A stretch of DNA of 64,000 nucleotides from Chloroflexota bacterium (GCA_965249595.1 OZ252242.1:848569-912568); one strand, 5' to 3'. Numbered from the stretch's first letter, positions 19,115 through 28,957 are shown. Notes: a model not told the origin generated them from the letters alone. Numbers and translations are program-made.

Positions 19115-20335
19115 TCAAATGAGGAGGAAGGGTTGTTCGACCAACTGGCTGATGCGTTGCAGGAAACGGGCGGCTGCGGCGCCATCGTTTATTCGGTGAT
19201 CAAAGGTAAGTGAGAGGCCCATTCGGCTGCCGATTGCCAATTGGCCACTTTGGTCAACTACCGGTTTGCGGGCAATCCGGCCAACGCCGAGGATCGCCGC
19301 CTCCGGCGGATTGAGGACCGGAGTGAATGTATCAACCCCCATCGCTCCCAGGTTGGAAATCGTGAAGGTTCCGCCGGTCAGGTCATCTAGCTGCAATGAC
19401 CCGGTGCGGGATCGGTCGATTAGTTGACGGTAGGAGCGGGCGATCGCTACCAATTGCAATTTGCCAACCTCTTTGACGTTGGGCACAACCAATCCGTCTT
19501 CGGCGTCGATGGCCAGGCCGATATTTATCGAACCGGGGTTTACCAAGCGTTCGCCGTCGAGCTGCGCCTGTAGGTTCGGGTACTCGTCCAATGCCCGCGC
19601 ACAGATTCGAACTAGCAGGTCGTTGTAGGAGATCTTGAAACCCAATTCGCCGGCATATTGGTCGGCCAATTTGCCACGCAGGGCGACTAGTTCGCCGGCA
19701 TCGACCTCGGTATTGAGGGTCACCTGGGCCGACTGCTGAAGGCTGGCCAGCATTCGCTCGGCGATAACCCGCCGCCGGCCGGTCAACTGTTCGCCAACTC
19801 CAACGGGCGCCCTGGCAGCTGGTACAGAAACCACTGGTTGGGGCACTTCAATCGCCGCCGGTTGGTCGTCGATTGCGGCGCGGACATCGTCGGCGACTAT
19901 TCTCCCGCGCGGACCCGAACCGACCACCGCGGCCAGTTCGATCCCGTTTTCGCGGGCCAGTCGACGGGCCATCGGCGAGGCAAATATTCGCCCGCCGGAA
20001 TCTGCCCGAGGCGCGCCTGTGGGCGCAGGGGCGGCTTCCCGGGCGGTAGCCGGCGCATCTTGGTGGCCATTGTCGGTCTCGAGCGGGACCGCTTCGCCGG
20101 CGGCAAGAACCCAGGCACAGACTCCCTGCACTTTTACCGTCTCGCCGGCGCGGGCCATGATGCCGCCTAAGGTCCCGTCAGCCGGTGCCTCGACTTCAGC
20201 GTTGATCTTATCGGTTTCGAACTCTAGGACGACGTCACCACGCGCCACGCTGGCGCCTTCGTCAACCAGCCAGCGTGTGATGATGCCTTCCTCCATGGTT
20301 ATGCCCATGAGCGGCATGCGGATTGGAGTTGCCAT
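19115..20335 (-). CDS. Dihydrolipoamide acyltransferase, E2 component of a 2-oxo-acid dehydrogenase complex
   Basis: N-terminal lipoyl domain (EFETDKINAEVEAPADG), peripheral subunit-binding domain, C-terminal catalytic domain with 'DHRINDGAAAARFL'. Confidence 0.9.
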   Translation of the reverse strand: MATPIRMPLMGITMEEGIITRWLVDEGASVARGDVVLEFETDKINAEVEAPADGTLGGIMARAGETVKVQGVCAWVLAAGEAVPLETDNGHQDAPATAREAAPAPTGAPRADSGGRIFASPMARRLARENGIELAAVVGSGPRGRIVADDVRAAIDDQPAAIEVPQPVVSVPAARAPVGVGEQLTGRRRVIAERMLASLQQSAQVTLNTEVDAGELVALRGKLADQYAGELGFKISYNDLLVRICARALDEYPNLQAQLDGERLVNPGSINIGLAIDAEDGLVVPNVKEVGKLQLVAIARSYRQLIDRSRTGSLQLDDLTGGTFTISNLGAMGVDTFTPVLNPPEAAILGVGRIARKPVVDQSGQLAIGSRMGLSLTFDHRINDGAAAARFLQRISQLVEQPFLLI

Positions 20336-21360
20336 CAGACCCCTGCGAGTAACTCGTGCATTTCGGCAACGATCTGCTCAACACTTGGGAAAGACCCAAA
20401 TTCGAGGGTTTCGGAAAACGGCACCGGCGAGTGTTTGGCACCAAGTCGTTTGATTGGTGCGTCAAGCCAGTCGAACGCTAGTTCTTGGATCTGGGCGGTG
20501 ATCTCACCGCCGAACCCACCAAAGCGTACGGCTTCATGCAAGACCATCGCCCGATTGGTTTTGTGGACGGAATCAACGACGGTATCGGCGTCAAATGGAT
20601 AAAGCGTGCGAAGGTCAATGACCTCAATTTCGATGCCATCCGCCGCCAATATTTCGGCGGCTTGAAGGGCGAAGTTGACTTGGCGGGCGTAGGTGACGAT
20701 CGTGGCCGCATCGCCGCTGCGGGCCACATTGGCCTTTCCCAACGGGATCAAATACTCTTCCTCGGGCACATGTCCACGCATTGAGTAGAGACCCTTGTGT
20801 TCGAAGAAACAGACCACGTTGTCATCGCGAATTGCCGATTTGAGCAATCCCTTGGCGTCGTGCGGATTTGAAGGCGTAACCACCTTTAGTCCCGGCACGT
20901 GCGTGAACCACGCCTCCAAGCTCTGCGTGTGTTGGGCGGCGTTGCCGGAGCCGGCGCCGGTTGCGGCACGAAAAACGATCGGCAAAGTGGCCTTACCACC
21001 AAACATGTAGCGATTTTTGGCCGCCTGATTGACTATCTGGTCCATGGCGATGCCCATGAAATCTTGGTACATGAATTCGGCAATTGGCCGTGAACCGGTG
21101 ACCGCCGCGCCCACTGCGGCGCCGGCAATTAAGGCCTCGGAAATCGGTGTATCGACGATGCGCGAGGGACCGTATTTGTCAAGTAAATCGGCGGTGACTT
21201 TGTAGGCACCACCCCATACACCAATCTCTTCGCCCAACACGAACACGCGCGGGTCGAGGGTGAGTTCCTCATCGATTGCTTCGTTGAGCGCCTGGTTGAA
21301 AAATATCATCCGGTCGCTTGCTTTAGCCGGTGCCGCGGCCGCAGTTTCAGTCATTGTCAT
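20335..21360 (-). CDS. 2-oxo-acid dehydrogenase E1 component beta subunit (transketolase-like)
   Basis: ORF 20335..21465. Conserved region from ATG at 21360 (MTMTETAA...MIFFNQALNEAIDEEL...VFVLGEEIG). Stop overlaps E2 start. Confidence 0.9.
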   Translation of the reverse strand: MTMTETAAAAPAKASDRMIFFNQALNEAIDEELTLDPRVFVLGEEIGVWGGAYKVTADLLDKYGPSRIVDTPISEALIAGAAVGAAVTGSRPIAEFMYQDFMGIAMDQIVNQAAKNRYMFGGKATLPIVFRAATGAGSGNAAQHTQSLEAWFTHVPGLKVVTPSNPHDAKGLLKSAIRDDNVVCFFEHKGLYSMRGHVPEEEYLIPLGKANVARSGDAATIVTYARQVNFALQAAEILAADGIEIEVIDLRTLYPFDADTVVDSVHKTNRAMVLHEAVRFGGFGGEITAQIQELAFDWLDAPIKRLGAKHSPVPFSETLEFGSFPSVEQIVAEMHELLAGV

Positions 21361-21373
21361 TGGGGTACCTCTT

Positions 21374-22399
21374 TTAGCTTGCGTAGACGTCTTCTTCGAT
21401 CGTCGCGGGATCGGGGAATGGGCTGGCCTCAGCAAATTCGACCGCCGCCTCGACTTCGGCGGCAACGGTCACGTCGATTTCGTCTAGCACCGATTCCTCC
21501 ACCAATGCGTGATCTAGTAACTCAGAGCGCAACCGTTGGATCGGGTCGCGTTGCATCCATTCGGCCAATTCTTCCTTAGAGCGATAGCCGGCCATATCGC
21601 CAACGGTGTGGCCCTTGTAGCGATAGGTAACGGACTCGATCAGGGTGGGTCCGGCCCCAGACCGGGCGCGTTTGACCGCTTCGGCGGCCGCTTCCCAGAC
21701 CACAATTGCGTCCTGACCGTCCACTACAACGCCGGGAATGCCATAAGCATCGCCCCGGGCGGCTATCGAACTGCCAGCGTTGGATTGATCCGAGCGGGTG
21801 GCCATGCCGTATTGATTGTTCTCGCAAACAAATATCACCGGCAGTTTTTTGACGGCGGCGAAATTGACGCCCTCATGAAAGGCCCCGGTTGGGCCGGCGC
21901 CATCGCCGAAGAAGCACACCGTTACCGCGTCTTCGCCGCGCAGCTTGGATCCCAAACCGGCACCGGCCGCGATCGGGATTCCGGCGCCGACGATACCGTT
22001 GGCGCCCAAGATCCCGATATCGAGATCGGCGATGTGCATCGAGCCGCCTTTGCCGCCGCAGTATCCGGTCGCCCGGCCGAACAATTCAGCCATCATCAAA
22101 TCCATCCGCCCGCCCTTGGCGATGCAATGTCCGTGGCCGCGATGGGTGGAGGTAATAAAGTCCCTTGTCTCAAGCGCTGCGCACACTCCGACTCCGGAGG
22201 CCTCTTCGCCGATGTAGAAGTGCAGTGCACCTCGCATTCGGGCCTGCTTGAACATTTCTTCGGCAGTTTCTTCAAATCGCCGAATGCGCACCATCTGTCG
22301 ATACATAGTGACTAACGTGTCGCGCGCGGGCAACATTCGCCCGCCTCGCCCCCGCAGGGGTAGCTCAGGGTCGGCCGAACTGGCCTTTTCGGTGGTCAT
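21374..22399 (-). CDS. 2-oxo-acid dehydrogenase E1 component alpha subunit (TPP-dependent)
   Basis: 'YRQMVRIRRFEE...ALHFYIGEEA...THRGHGHCIAKG' and TPP-binding 'GDGA...N' regions. Confidence 0.9.
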   Translation of the reverse strand: MTTEKASSADPELPLRGRGGRMLPARDTLVTMYRQMVRIRRFEETAEEMFKQARMRGALHFYIGEEASGVGVCAALETRDFITSTHRGHGHCIAKGGRMDLMMAELFGRATGYCGGKGGSMHIADLDIGILGANGIVGAGIPIAAGAGLGSKLRGEDAVTVCFFGDGAGPTGAFHEGVNFAAVKKLPVIFVCENNQYGMATRSDQSNAGSSIAARGDAYGIPGVVVDGQDAIVVWEAAAEAVKRARSGAGPTLIESVTYRYKGHTVGDMAGYRSKEELAEWMQRDPIQRLRSELLDHALVEESVLDEIDVTVAAEVEAAVEFAEASPFPDPATIEEDVYAS

Positions 22400-22503
22400 T
22401 TCATCCTCATTTGGCAGGGCTCAATCGCGCCGCACTCTAAATAAATGGCCCGACCTCACTTATCAAAGCTTAATTGCGGTCGGTCGCCATCGTCGCCTGG
22501 CAA

Positions 22504-23178
22504 TTACGGGCCGACCGGCAGGATCCAAGCCGAGACTTCTACCGCCGCTTCCGAGCACCTCGCCATATTGAGGTCGCGGCGCAGATGTGACGGCCCGCCA
22601 ACCGGCCGGCCACGGCCGCCATCTACCACCAGGCACCATGCCCCGTCGGCAGTTGTGATCTGACCGGTTGGAAGGGATTGAAAACGCTGCGACTGATCAT
22701 CTTGCCGGCAAGCGGTTGCCAATAGCGAACTGGAAATTTCATCAACCGTCAGACACAAGTCGAAGTCGGTCAATTGGATTTGGCCCGGCCCAGGTGTGTC
22801 GAAGCTAAGGAGCTGGTCTGAGCCATTCGGTTTGCAGGTGTGGGCTTGAAGCGCCGAACCCAACTGCAGTGAAGCGCCGAAGCCGACAACATCTACGCAG
22901 TACCCTTCCGGCTCGTCAAGACGGTCGGACAACGTCAATGGCCCACTGGCGGCACCTGCGAATTGATCTGATTCGGCGATCGGGCTTTCGCTGGCGGCGG
23001 CAGTGGCATTTGGCACCCGGTCTGGTGGCTGCGCCGTTTCTATTGCCGCCGGTTCAGGCGGAATTACCGGATCCTGGTTGGATTGTTCGCCGCCGAGATT
23101 GCAGGCTGTCATCAAGCCGATCAAAGTCAACGCGGCGATCGACCGGATGGCCAGCGCTGACCATCGCGTTCTGCCCAC
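22504..23178 (-). CDS. Putative secreted lipoprotein with ricin-B-like (beta-trefoil) lectin domain
   Basis: ORF 22504..23289. Likely GTG start at 23178 giving signal peptide RTRWSALAIRSIAALTLIGLMTAC (lipobox-like). C-terminal repeats with Q-x-W/F-like motifs and paired Cys. Confidence 0.5.
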   Translation of the reverse strand: MGRTRWSALAIRSIAALTLIGLMTACNLGGEQSNQDPVIPPEPAAIETAQPPDRVPNATAAASESPIAESDQFAGAASGPLTLSDRLDEPEGYCVDVVGFGASLQLGSALQAHTCKPNGSDQLLSFDTPGPGQIQLTDFDLCLTVDEISSSLLATACRQDDQSQRFQSLPTGQITTADGAWCLVVDGGRGRPVGGPSHLRRDLNMARCSEAAVEVSAWILPVGP

Positions 23179-23180
23179 TC

Positions 23181-24074
23181 TCAACCGGCCGCGGCCTGCT
23201 CGTATACCTCTCCGGCATGGAATGAACTGCGCACCAACGGGCCGCAGAATGCATGTGCAAAACCGAGCTGTTGGCCCAGTTTGGCCCATGCCGCGAACTC
23301 GTCTGGATGCACATAACGGTCGATTGGCGCGTGTTTTTCGGACGGCCGCAAGTACTGGCCGATGGTGAGGATATCGATCTGGTGGGAACGCATGTCGGCC
23401 ATGACTGCTTCGACTTCATCGGGCCGCTCACCAAGACCAACCATGATTCCAGATTTGGTTGTCATTGTCGGGTCGAGCCGTTTGACCGTCGATAGCAATT
23501 CCAGCGATTGCCGGTAGATGGCCCGGGGGCGGATCTGCGGCGAGAGCCTGGGGACGGTCTCAAGGTTGTGGTTAAAAACATCGGGCCGGGCCGCCACCAC
23601 GGTGGCTATCGAATCTGTGGAACCCTGAAAATCCGGCGTGAGAACCTCAATCGTCGCCGATGGACAGCGCCGCCGCACCGCGCTGATGCAATCAGCAAAA
23701 TGCTCGGCGCCAAAATCCGGCAGATCGTCGCGGTCGACCGATGTGATCACACAGTGCTTTAAATCAAGCTCGGCCACAGCCATCGCTAACCGCGCCGGCT
23801 CCAGTGGATCGACGGCTTCCGGGCGGCCTGAGGTCACCGCGCAAAAACGGCAGGCGCGCGTGCAGATTGCCCCCAGAATCATGAACGTCGCGGTACCGCG
23901 GGCATGACAATCCATGGCATTGGGGCACCGTGCCTCGCGGCAAACGGTTTCTAAGCCAAAGCGTTTGACCGTCTTGAGCAGCGGCTCGCTCTGCGAGGGC
24001 AGCGGCAGGCGGACCTTGAGCCACGGCGGTTTGCGCGGGCCAAATCGGGTGGATTCAACCGTAGTTGTGTCCAA
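23181..24074 (-). CDS. lipA: Lipoyl synthase
   Basis: Radical-SAM 'CTRACRFC' and auxiliary cluster 'CREARCPNAMDC' motifs. Adjacent to lipoate-dependent E2. Confidence 0.95.
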   Translation of the reverse strand: MDTTTVESTRFGPRKPPWLKVRLPLPSQSEPLLKTVKRFGLETVCREARCPNAMDCHARGTATFMILGAICTRACRFCAVTSGRPEAVDPLEPARLAMAVAELDLKHCVITSVDRDDLPDFGAEHFADCISAVRRRCPSATIEVLTPDFQGSTDSIATVVAARPDVFNHNLETVPRLSPQIRPRAIYRQSLELLSTVKRLDPTMTTKSGIMVGLGERPDEVEAVMADMRSHQIDILTIGQYLRPSEKHAPIDRYVHPDEFAAWAKLGQQLGFAHAFCGPLVRSSFHAGEVYEQAAAG

Positions 24075-24224
24075 TTGGGTCCTTTTTCGGCGATCGCCAA
24101 TGCAGCGGGGACGTTCTGATTATCTCGGGGCGCCGGTGTCGGGGAAAATGAATCTAGCAGAGGAGTTTTACGCCTTGACTCGGATCACCCCGACTTTGAT
24201 ATTCAGCACAGTCACCGTGCCCGC

Positions 24225-25580
24225 ATGAAACGCTTGGCGTCCGCCTTGCAGTTTGGGCGGGTGATGGATTCGTTTCAACAGTTTGCCCACCGCGAAGCCT
24301 CAGGCGGGATTGTGCTGGTTGTGGCGGCCGTCATCGCCTTGATCTGGGCCAATTCGCGATGGTCCGGCGCTTATTTCAATCTTCTCCACACCGAGATTGC
24401 TATTGCCATCGGCCAATTCGAAATAGCTGAGAGCCTGCATTTTTGGATCAATGATGGCTTGATGGCAATCTTTTTCTTCGTCGTTGGCCTGGAGATTAAG
24501 CGCGAATTTACGGTTGGCGAACTGCGCACGCCGAATCGGGCCATGTTGCCGATCGCGGCTGCGATCGGTGGAATGCTGGTGCCGGCGGCAATCTATGCGT
24601 TCTTCAACGCCGACGGCGTCGGATCCTCGGGGTGGGGGATTCCAATGGCCACCGATATCGCCTTTGCGGTAGGAATTTTGGCCCTCGTCGGTCGCCGAGT
24701 TCCATCCTCGCTGAAGGTTTTCCTGGTGGCCGTAGCCATCGTTGACGACTTGGGTGCGGTGTTGGTCATAGCGATCTTCTACACCAGTGAAATTGACGTC
24801 TTGGCGCTTGTTGCGGCGGCCCTTCTCTGGGCCGGGATGTGGACGCTTTGGTTCGCCAACGTCCGGCTGGGGTTGGCCTATTTGTTACTGGCGATTCCGA
24901 TGTGGTTCGCGCTGCAGCAGTCTGGCATCCACGCCACTGTGGCTGGTGTATTGGCGGCGATGACGATCCCGTCAAGCATCCGCATTGCCCCCGACAGTTT
25001 TCTGGCCGATGCACGGCGCGCGTTGGCGGTATTTGAAACTGAAAAATCGCACGGCCGAACGGTGCTTGAAAGTGCCGATCAGCAGCATTCGCTGTACTTG
25101 ATCGGCCGGGTGGTTGGAGAATCGCTTACTCCGCTGCAAAAGATGGAGCACGCTCACCATCCCTGGAGCACGTACCTTATCGTTCCTGCATTCGCGTTCG
25201 CCAACGCCGGGGTTGTGCTGGCGCTACCCGACGGGGGCTCGCCGACGGCAATCCCGATCGGGATTGCCATGGGTCTGCTGTTCGGCAAGCCGATCGGCAT
25301 ATTGGCCGGATCATGGCTGGCGATAAAGCTGAGATTGGCTACGGCCCCATTTGGCGTAACCTGGACGCAATTCGTAGGAGTCGGCCTGTTGGCGGGAATC
25401 GGGTTTACGATGTCGCTGTTTATTGCTCAGCTAGCCTTTGATCAGCCGGAGCTGCTCGACATCGCCAAACTGGGAATCCTGGGCGGCTCGCTGATCTCCG
25501 GGACGGCCGGGTTTCTGTTGCTGGTTTCGGCTTCGAAACCATCTCGCCGGTCGTCAATGGTGGCCGGCGCCGCCAGTTGA
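24225..25580 (+). CDS. nhaA: Na+/H+ antiporter NhaA
   Basis: 'WINDGLMAIFFFVVGLEIKRE', 'ATDIAFAVGILALVG', 'AVAIVDDLGAVLVIAIFYT' NhaA signatures. Confidence 0.9.
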   Translation: MKRLASALQFGRVMDSFQQFAHREASGGIVLVVAAVIALIWANSRWSGAYFNLLHTEIAIAIGQFEIAESLHFWINDGLMAIFFFVVGLEIKREFTVGELRTPNRAMLPIAAAIGGMLVPAAIYAFFNADGVGSSGWGIPMATDIAFAVGILALVGRRVPSSLKVFLVAVAIVDDLGAVLVIAIFYTSEIDVLALVAAALLWAGMWTLWFANVRLGLAYLLLAIPMWFALQQSGIHATVAGVLAAMTIPSSIRIAPDSFLADARRALAVFETEKSHGRTVLESADQQHSLYLIGRVVGESLTPLQKMEHAHHPWSTYLIVPAFAFANAGVVLALPDGGSPTAIPIGIAMGLLFGKPIGILAGSWLAIKLRLATAPFGVTWTQFVGVGLLAGIGFTMSLFIAQLAFDQPELLDIAKLGILGGSLISGTAGFLLLVSASKPSRRSSMVAGAAS

Positions 25581-25819
25581 TCATCCCAACCGGCGTAATC
25601 AAATATTGAGAGTTAACCATGGCCAGCAAACAAGTAGGTAATGAACCGCCCCGCTTCCTAAGACTGCGACGCTGGCGGCGGCGGTTGTTAAACATTAGAA
25701 CTGTTTGGTACACATTTAGCCTTTTGGCGGCCCTGGCGATGGTGGTGGCCCTGGCATTACCGGCGTTCGTCCAATAGGCGAAGAGGTAACCAGAAGGCAA
25801 CTGAGCCGAGGCAAATTGC

Positions 25820-26677
25820 GTGCCCATATCCATCGTTCCATCGCTCTGGCCGGCGAGCGCTCCCTACCCGGAAATCTGCGAGGTGCTGACGACACTGGGA
25901 TTTGAGGGCACCGAAGGGATGCGGGAATTTGCCGATGATCCGGCTGGCTTGAAGAATCTGCTTGCCGATTGCGAATTGGCGCTAAGCGGTGGTTACTTTG
26001 CCGCGAACTGGTTTGATCCCGCCTGGCGGGAGCGCGAATTTGATGAACTCCGCTTCCTGGCCGAGCGCCTGGCCGACTGCGGTGCCGGATTCGTCGTCGT
26101 CGCCCAAGCTGGATCGCCCAAGCGATACGCCACCGCCGGACACTACCCCCAAGGCCGCGCTGACGGGCTCTCCGATTGGCAATGGGGATTTCTCGGTGAG
26201 GGGCTCTCGCTGGCCGGTGAAATGCTGGAGGCGGAATTTGGCATGGCCTTGGCCTTTCACAATCACGCTGGCACCTATGTCGAGACCGCCGAGGAGTGCG
26301 ATCTCTTACTCGACCGCACCGATCCGGAGACTGTGCTGTTGGCCCCCGATACCGGCCAGCTCCTCTATGGCGGGATCGACCCGCTCTCATTTTTTGAAAC
26401 CAATGTCCAGCGGATCGGCTATGTCCACTTAAAGGATGTCGACGCCCAGGTGCTAGAGGATTCGATAGCCGCCGGACTGAGTTTCCAGCAGGCTACCCGC
26501 GAGGGAGTTTTTACGCCGCTGGGTCAGGGCGATTGCGGCATTGCCGAAGTGGTTTCACTGCTGGGCGAGAGCGGATACGCGGGGTGGTTAGTCGTTGAAC
26601 AGGACTACTCACCGCTGGACCCGGCAATCGCCGCCGGTGAGAGCCTGGAGTTCCTCACCGCCCATATCGAAATCTGA
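25820..26677 (+). CDS. Sugar phosphate isomerase/epimerase (xylose isomerase-like TIM barrel; IolE-like)
   Basis: 'AFHNHAGTYVETAEE', 'GYVHLKDV', 'VVEQD' motifs of the AP-endonuclease-2/xylose-isomerase-like fold. Confidence 0.8.
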   Translation: MPISIVPSLWPASAPYPEICEVLTTLGFEGTEGMREFADDPAGLKNLLADCELALSGGYFAANWFDPAWREREFDELRFLAERLADCGAGFVVVAQAGSPKRYATAGHYPQGRADGLSDWQWGFLGEGLSLAGEMLEAEFGMALAFHNHAGTYVETAEECDLLLDRTDPETVLLAPDTGQLLYGGIDPLSFFETNVQRIGYVHLKDVDAQVLEDSIAAGLSFQQATREGVFTPLGQGDCGIAEVVSLLGESGYAGWLVVEQDYSPLDPAIAAGESLEFLTAHIEI

Positions 26678-28676
26678 CCGCGCCGCGCCGCCGGTGACTC
26701 CGACCTTGGCGACACCGGCCATAGTTCGCGCCAGCTTGTTGGCGCTTTTGGGGTTGGCAACCCTGACAGCGGCACTGGCCTGGACTCTCAATTGGGAAAA
26801 ATCGGGCGTACCGCGGGCAAACGACCTTTACCTTCTACCGGCCGACGGACCGGCCTGGACTTTTAGCGGTCAATGGTCAGCCGGGGCGGTCGCCAGCCAG
26901 CCAGCCTTTCGCAGCTCGCAATCGGGGGCTCGGGCGGTGACCATCTTTGATGGATCCGAGGTTGAGTTGCTGGCCTTACGTTCGCCGGCGGGAGGCTGGG
27001 CCCGGATCTGGATTGATGGTTCCGATTCGCGGGCCGATTTGGCCGAACGCGGGCCGGGCGGAATCGCCCGGTTGGACCTTAGCGGCCCGCAATTGCAATT
27101 GCTTTCGCTACCGGTGGCTTCGGGTCTGCCGGACGGTCGACACACCCTCACGGTTGAAGTTGTAGGCACCGGACCGGAGCCGGACTCAGGCGGAGAGGTG
27201 TTCCTGCGCGGAGCCATCGCCGGGCAATCGGCACCACGATGGCCGCTGCTGCTGGGGCTGGCCGGCCTGTTGGCGGGGCTGGTATTGGCGATCGGCCCTC
27301 CGGTCAATCACCTTATCGGACGCTGGGGCTGGCGTCCCGCGCTGCGAACCAAGTTGGCGGGACCCGAAAACGGCCGCGGTTTGATGGGACCAATACTGCT
27401 GGCAGGGATCCTACTTACGCTGGCGTCCGTAACCGTCAGCGATGGAGCGACCGATCCTCTTACCTGGCTGCGGCTGGCCAGCTTGGCCGGTCTGGCCCTG
27501 CTGGGTTTGTTCTGGCCTTGGGCGGTGGTAACGGTTTCGGCAACCGGTTGGTTGCTTGCTCCACTGGGCGTACCGCTCGGGTCGTTGGCTCTCAACCCGG
27601 GCGAACTGGGGTTGGCCGCCCTGACGGCGGCCTGGATTGGGCGGGCGGTTCTGCTCGATCGAATAGAAATTTCATTGCCGCGGGCCTGGCTCCTGCCACT
27701 GGGGTTGCTGCTTGTGGCGGCAGTAATCGCAACTGCGGGTGCCGAATATCAGAAGGTCGCCGTTCGCGGCCTGCGTTCATTGGTGCTCGAACCCCTCTGG
27801 CTATTTGTATTGGCCAGCACCTATGTCGGCGGCCGCCGCCGGTTCCTATTGGTGGGCGCAATTGCCACCGCCGCGGCGGTGGCTGCGGCCATCGCCATTT
27901 TTGATGGCCTAGCGGTCCTTGCCCAGGGCGAGCCGCTGCGTCGCCTGTCCGGCATTTTCGGTTCGCCAAATGAATTGGCTTTTTCACTCGAGCGTGGTCT
28001 GCCAGTCCTCGTTGCCCTCAGTGCCGGTTTAATCGGCTGGCACAGGAAGGCATTGCGGGCCGGGGTGATTGGCGTTGGCCTCACCCTCGTGGCAACAATT
28101 TCACGCGGTGGTTTGCTGGGGGCCGCGGTTGGATTGGCGCTGCAGGATCGGCTCGGCGCCGGGCGGCGCCGCAAGCTGCTGGCGCTGGCATTGCTTGGGG
28201 CGTTGGCGCTGGTGATCGTAGTTGCCAGTTTGGCCGGCCTTGGGTCCGATTCGATTTCTGTTCGTCTTCAGTTATGGGATTCCGCGCTGCAAATGGCGGC
28301 GGCCAATCCCATCATTGGAATCGGTCCCGATAACTTCCTCTACCACCTGCCTGATTACATGGATCCAGCGATGTGGCGTGAACCAAACATCTCGCACCCT
28401 CACAATTTGTTCCTCGACGGTTGGCTGTCGCTCGGGCTGGTGGGATTGGCCATATTGGCCCTATTGGTAAAACGGGCCGTTAGCACCCTTCTGGCGGATT
28501 TGCCGGCGCGGTCGCCGTTCCTAGCGCGCCTGGACGCCGCCGCCGCCGCCGCGCTGGTGGCCGGTCTGGCCCACGGCCTCGTTGACCATTCCTACTTTCT
28601 GCCGTCGCTGGCCGCCTTTACTTGGATCATTTTTGCGGTTGCGGCAGGCCGCGGCAGCGAACCGCGCGGCGGCTGA
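26595..28676 (+). CDS. Polytopic membrane protein with C-terminal O-antigen ligase (Wzy_C)-like domain; N-terminal extracytoplasmic region
   Basis: 'FLYHLPDYMDPAMWREPNISHPHNLFLDGWLSLGLVGL' matches O-antigen ligase motif, >10 TM helices. Start uncertain (track start overlaps upstream gene; a GTG near ~26690 is plausible). Confidence 0.6.
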   Translation: MNRTTHRWTRQSPPVRAWSSSPPISKSDRAAPPVTPTLATPAIVRASLLALLGLATLTAALAWTLNWEKSGVPRANDLYLLPADGPAWTFSGQWSAGAVASQPAFRSSQSGARAVTIFDGSEVELLALRSPAGGWARIWIDGSDSRADLAERGPGGIARLDLSGPQLQLLSLPVASGLPDGRHTLTVEVVGTGPEPDSGGEVFLRGAIAGQSAPRWPLLLGLAGLLAGLVLAIGPPVNHLIGRWGWRPALRTKLAGPENGRGLMGPILLAGILLTLASVTVSDGATDPLTWLRLASLAGLALLGLFWPWAVVTVSATGWLLAPLGVPLGSLALNPGELGLAALTAAWIGRAVLLDRIEISLPRAWLLPLGLLLVAAVIATAGAEYQKVAVRGLRSLVLEPLWLFVLASTYVGGRRRFLLVGAIATAAAVAAAIAIFDGLAVLAQGEPLRRLSGIFGSPNELAFSLERGLPVLVALSAGLIGWHRKALRAGVIGVGLTLVATISRGGLLGAAVGLALQDRLGAGRRRKLLALALLGALALVIVVASLAGLGSDSISVRLQLWDSALQMAAANPIIGIGPDNFLYHLPDYMDPAMWREPNISHPHNLFLDGWLSLGLVGLAILALLVKRAVSTLLADLPARSPFLARLDAAAAAALVAGLAHGLVDHSYFLPSLAAFTWIIFAVAAGRGSEPRGG

Positions 28677-28957
28677 ATCCAAGAGCAGGTTCTTCCACCC
28701 GACAACCGGGCCAATTGGAAATTTGGGCAAGTTCGGCCGAAGTCCATTCGAGGCCAGGACTTGAACCGATTGGTTGATATTCACTGACCGACCCGGCGGC
28801 GGCTGACTGGTGTTATTGACCGGCAGTCAGCACCGGCCGGTGACCTGAGTCCGGATGCTCGGAATCATCCAACCCGGGCCCCGGTCATCAATCGGAAAAA
28901 GCCATCAGGCAAGCGAGGGATCGCCGACGGGCGGCAATTGTTTTGATCTGCTGCCGG

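Larger units (their letters stand above)
15334..19255. repeat. Tandem direct duplication, 2 units of 1,961 bp (unit 1 15334..17294; unit 2 17295..~19255)
   Basis: Genes in the two units are ~96-98% identical at DNA level with identical period (stops 15339/17300, starts 17045/19006). Similarity decays to ~65% in the 5' flank, which in unit 2 is the 3' end of the E2 gene. Confidence 0.9.

Noticed and set aside
15334-19255. Considered whether the tandem repeat could be a CRISPR array or IS element
   Set aside because: Only two long (1.96-kb) gene-containing units, no short repeat-spacer periodicity, no transposase or terminal inverted repeats.
25716-26390. 224-aa Arg/Pro-rich ORF on minus strand
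   Set aside because: Overlaps the sugar isomerase gene in antisense. Low-complexity composition typical of spurious GC-rich ORFs.
26947-28174. Multiple overlapping R/P/A-rich ORFs on both strands within the O-antigen-ligase-like gene
   Set aside because: Alternative-frame artefacts of a GC-rich membrane-protein gene.
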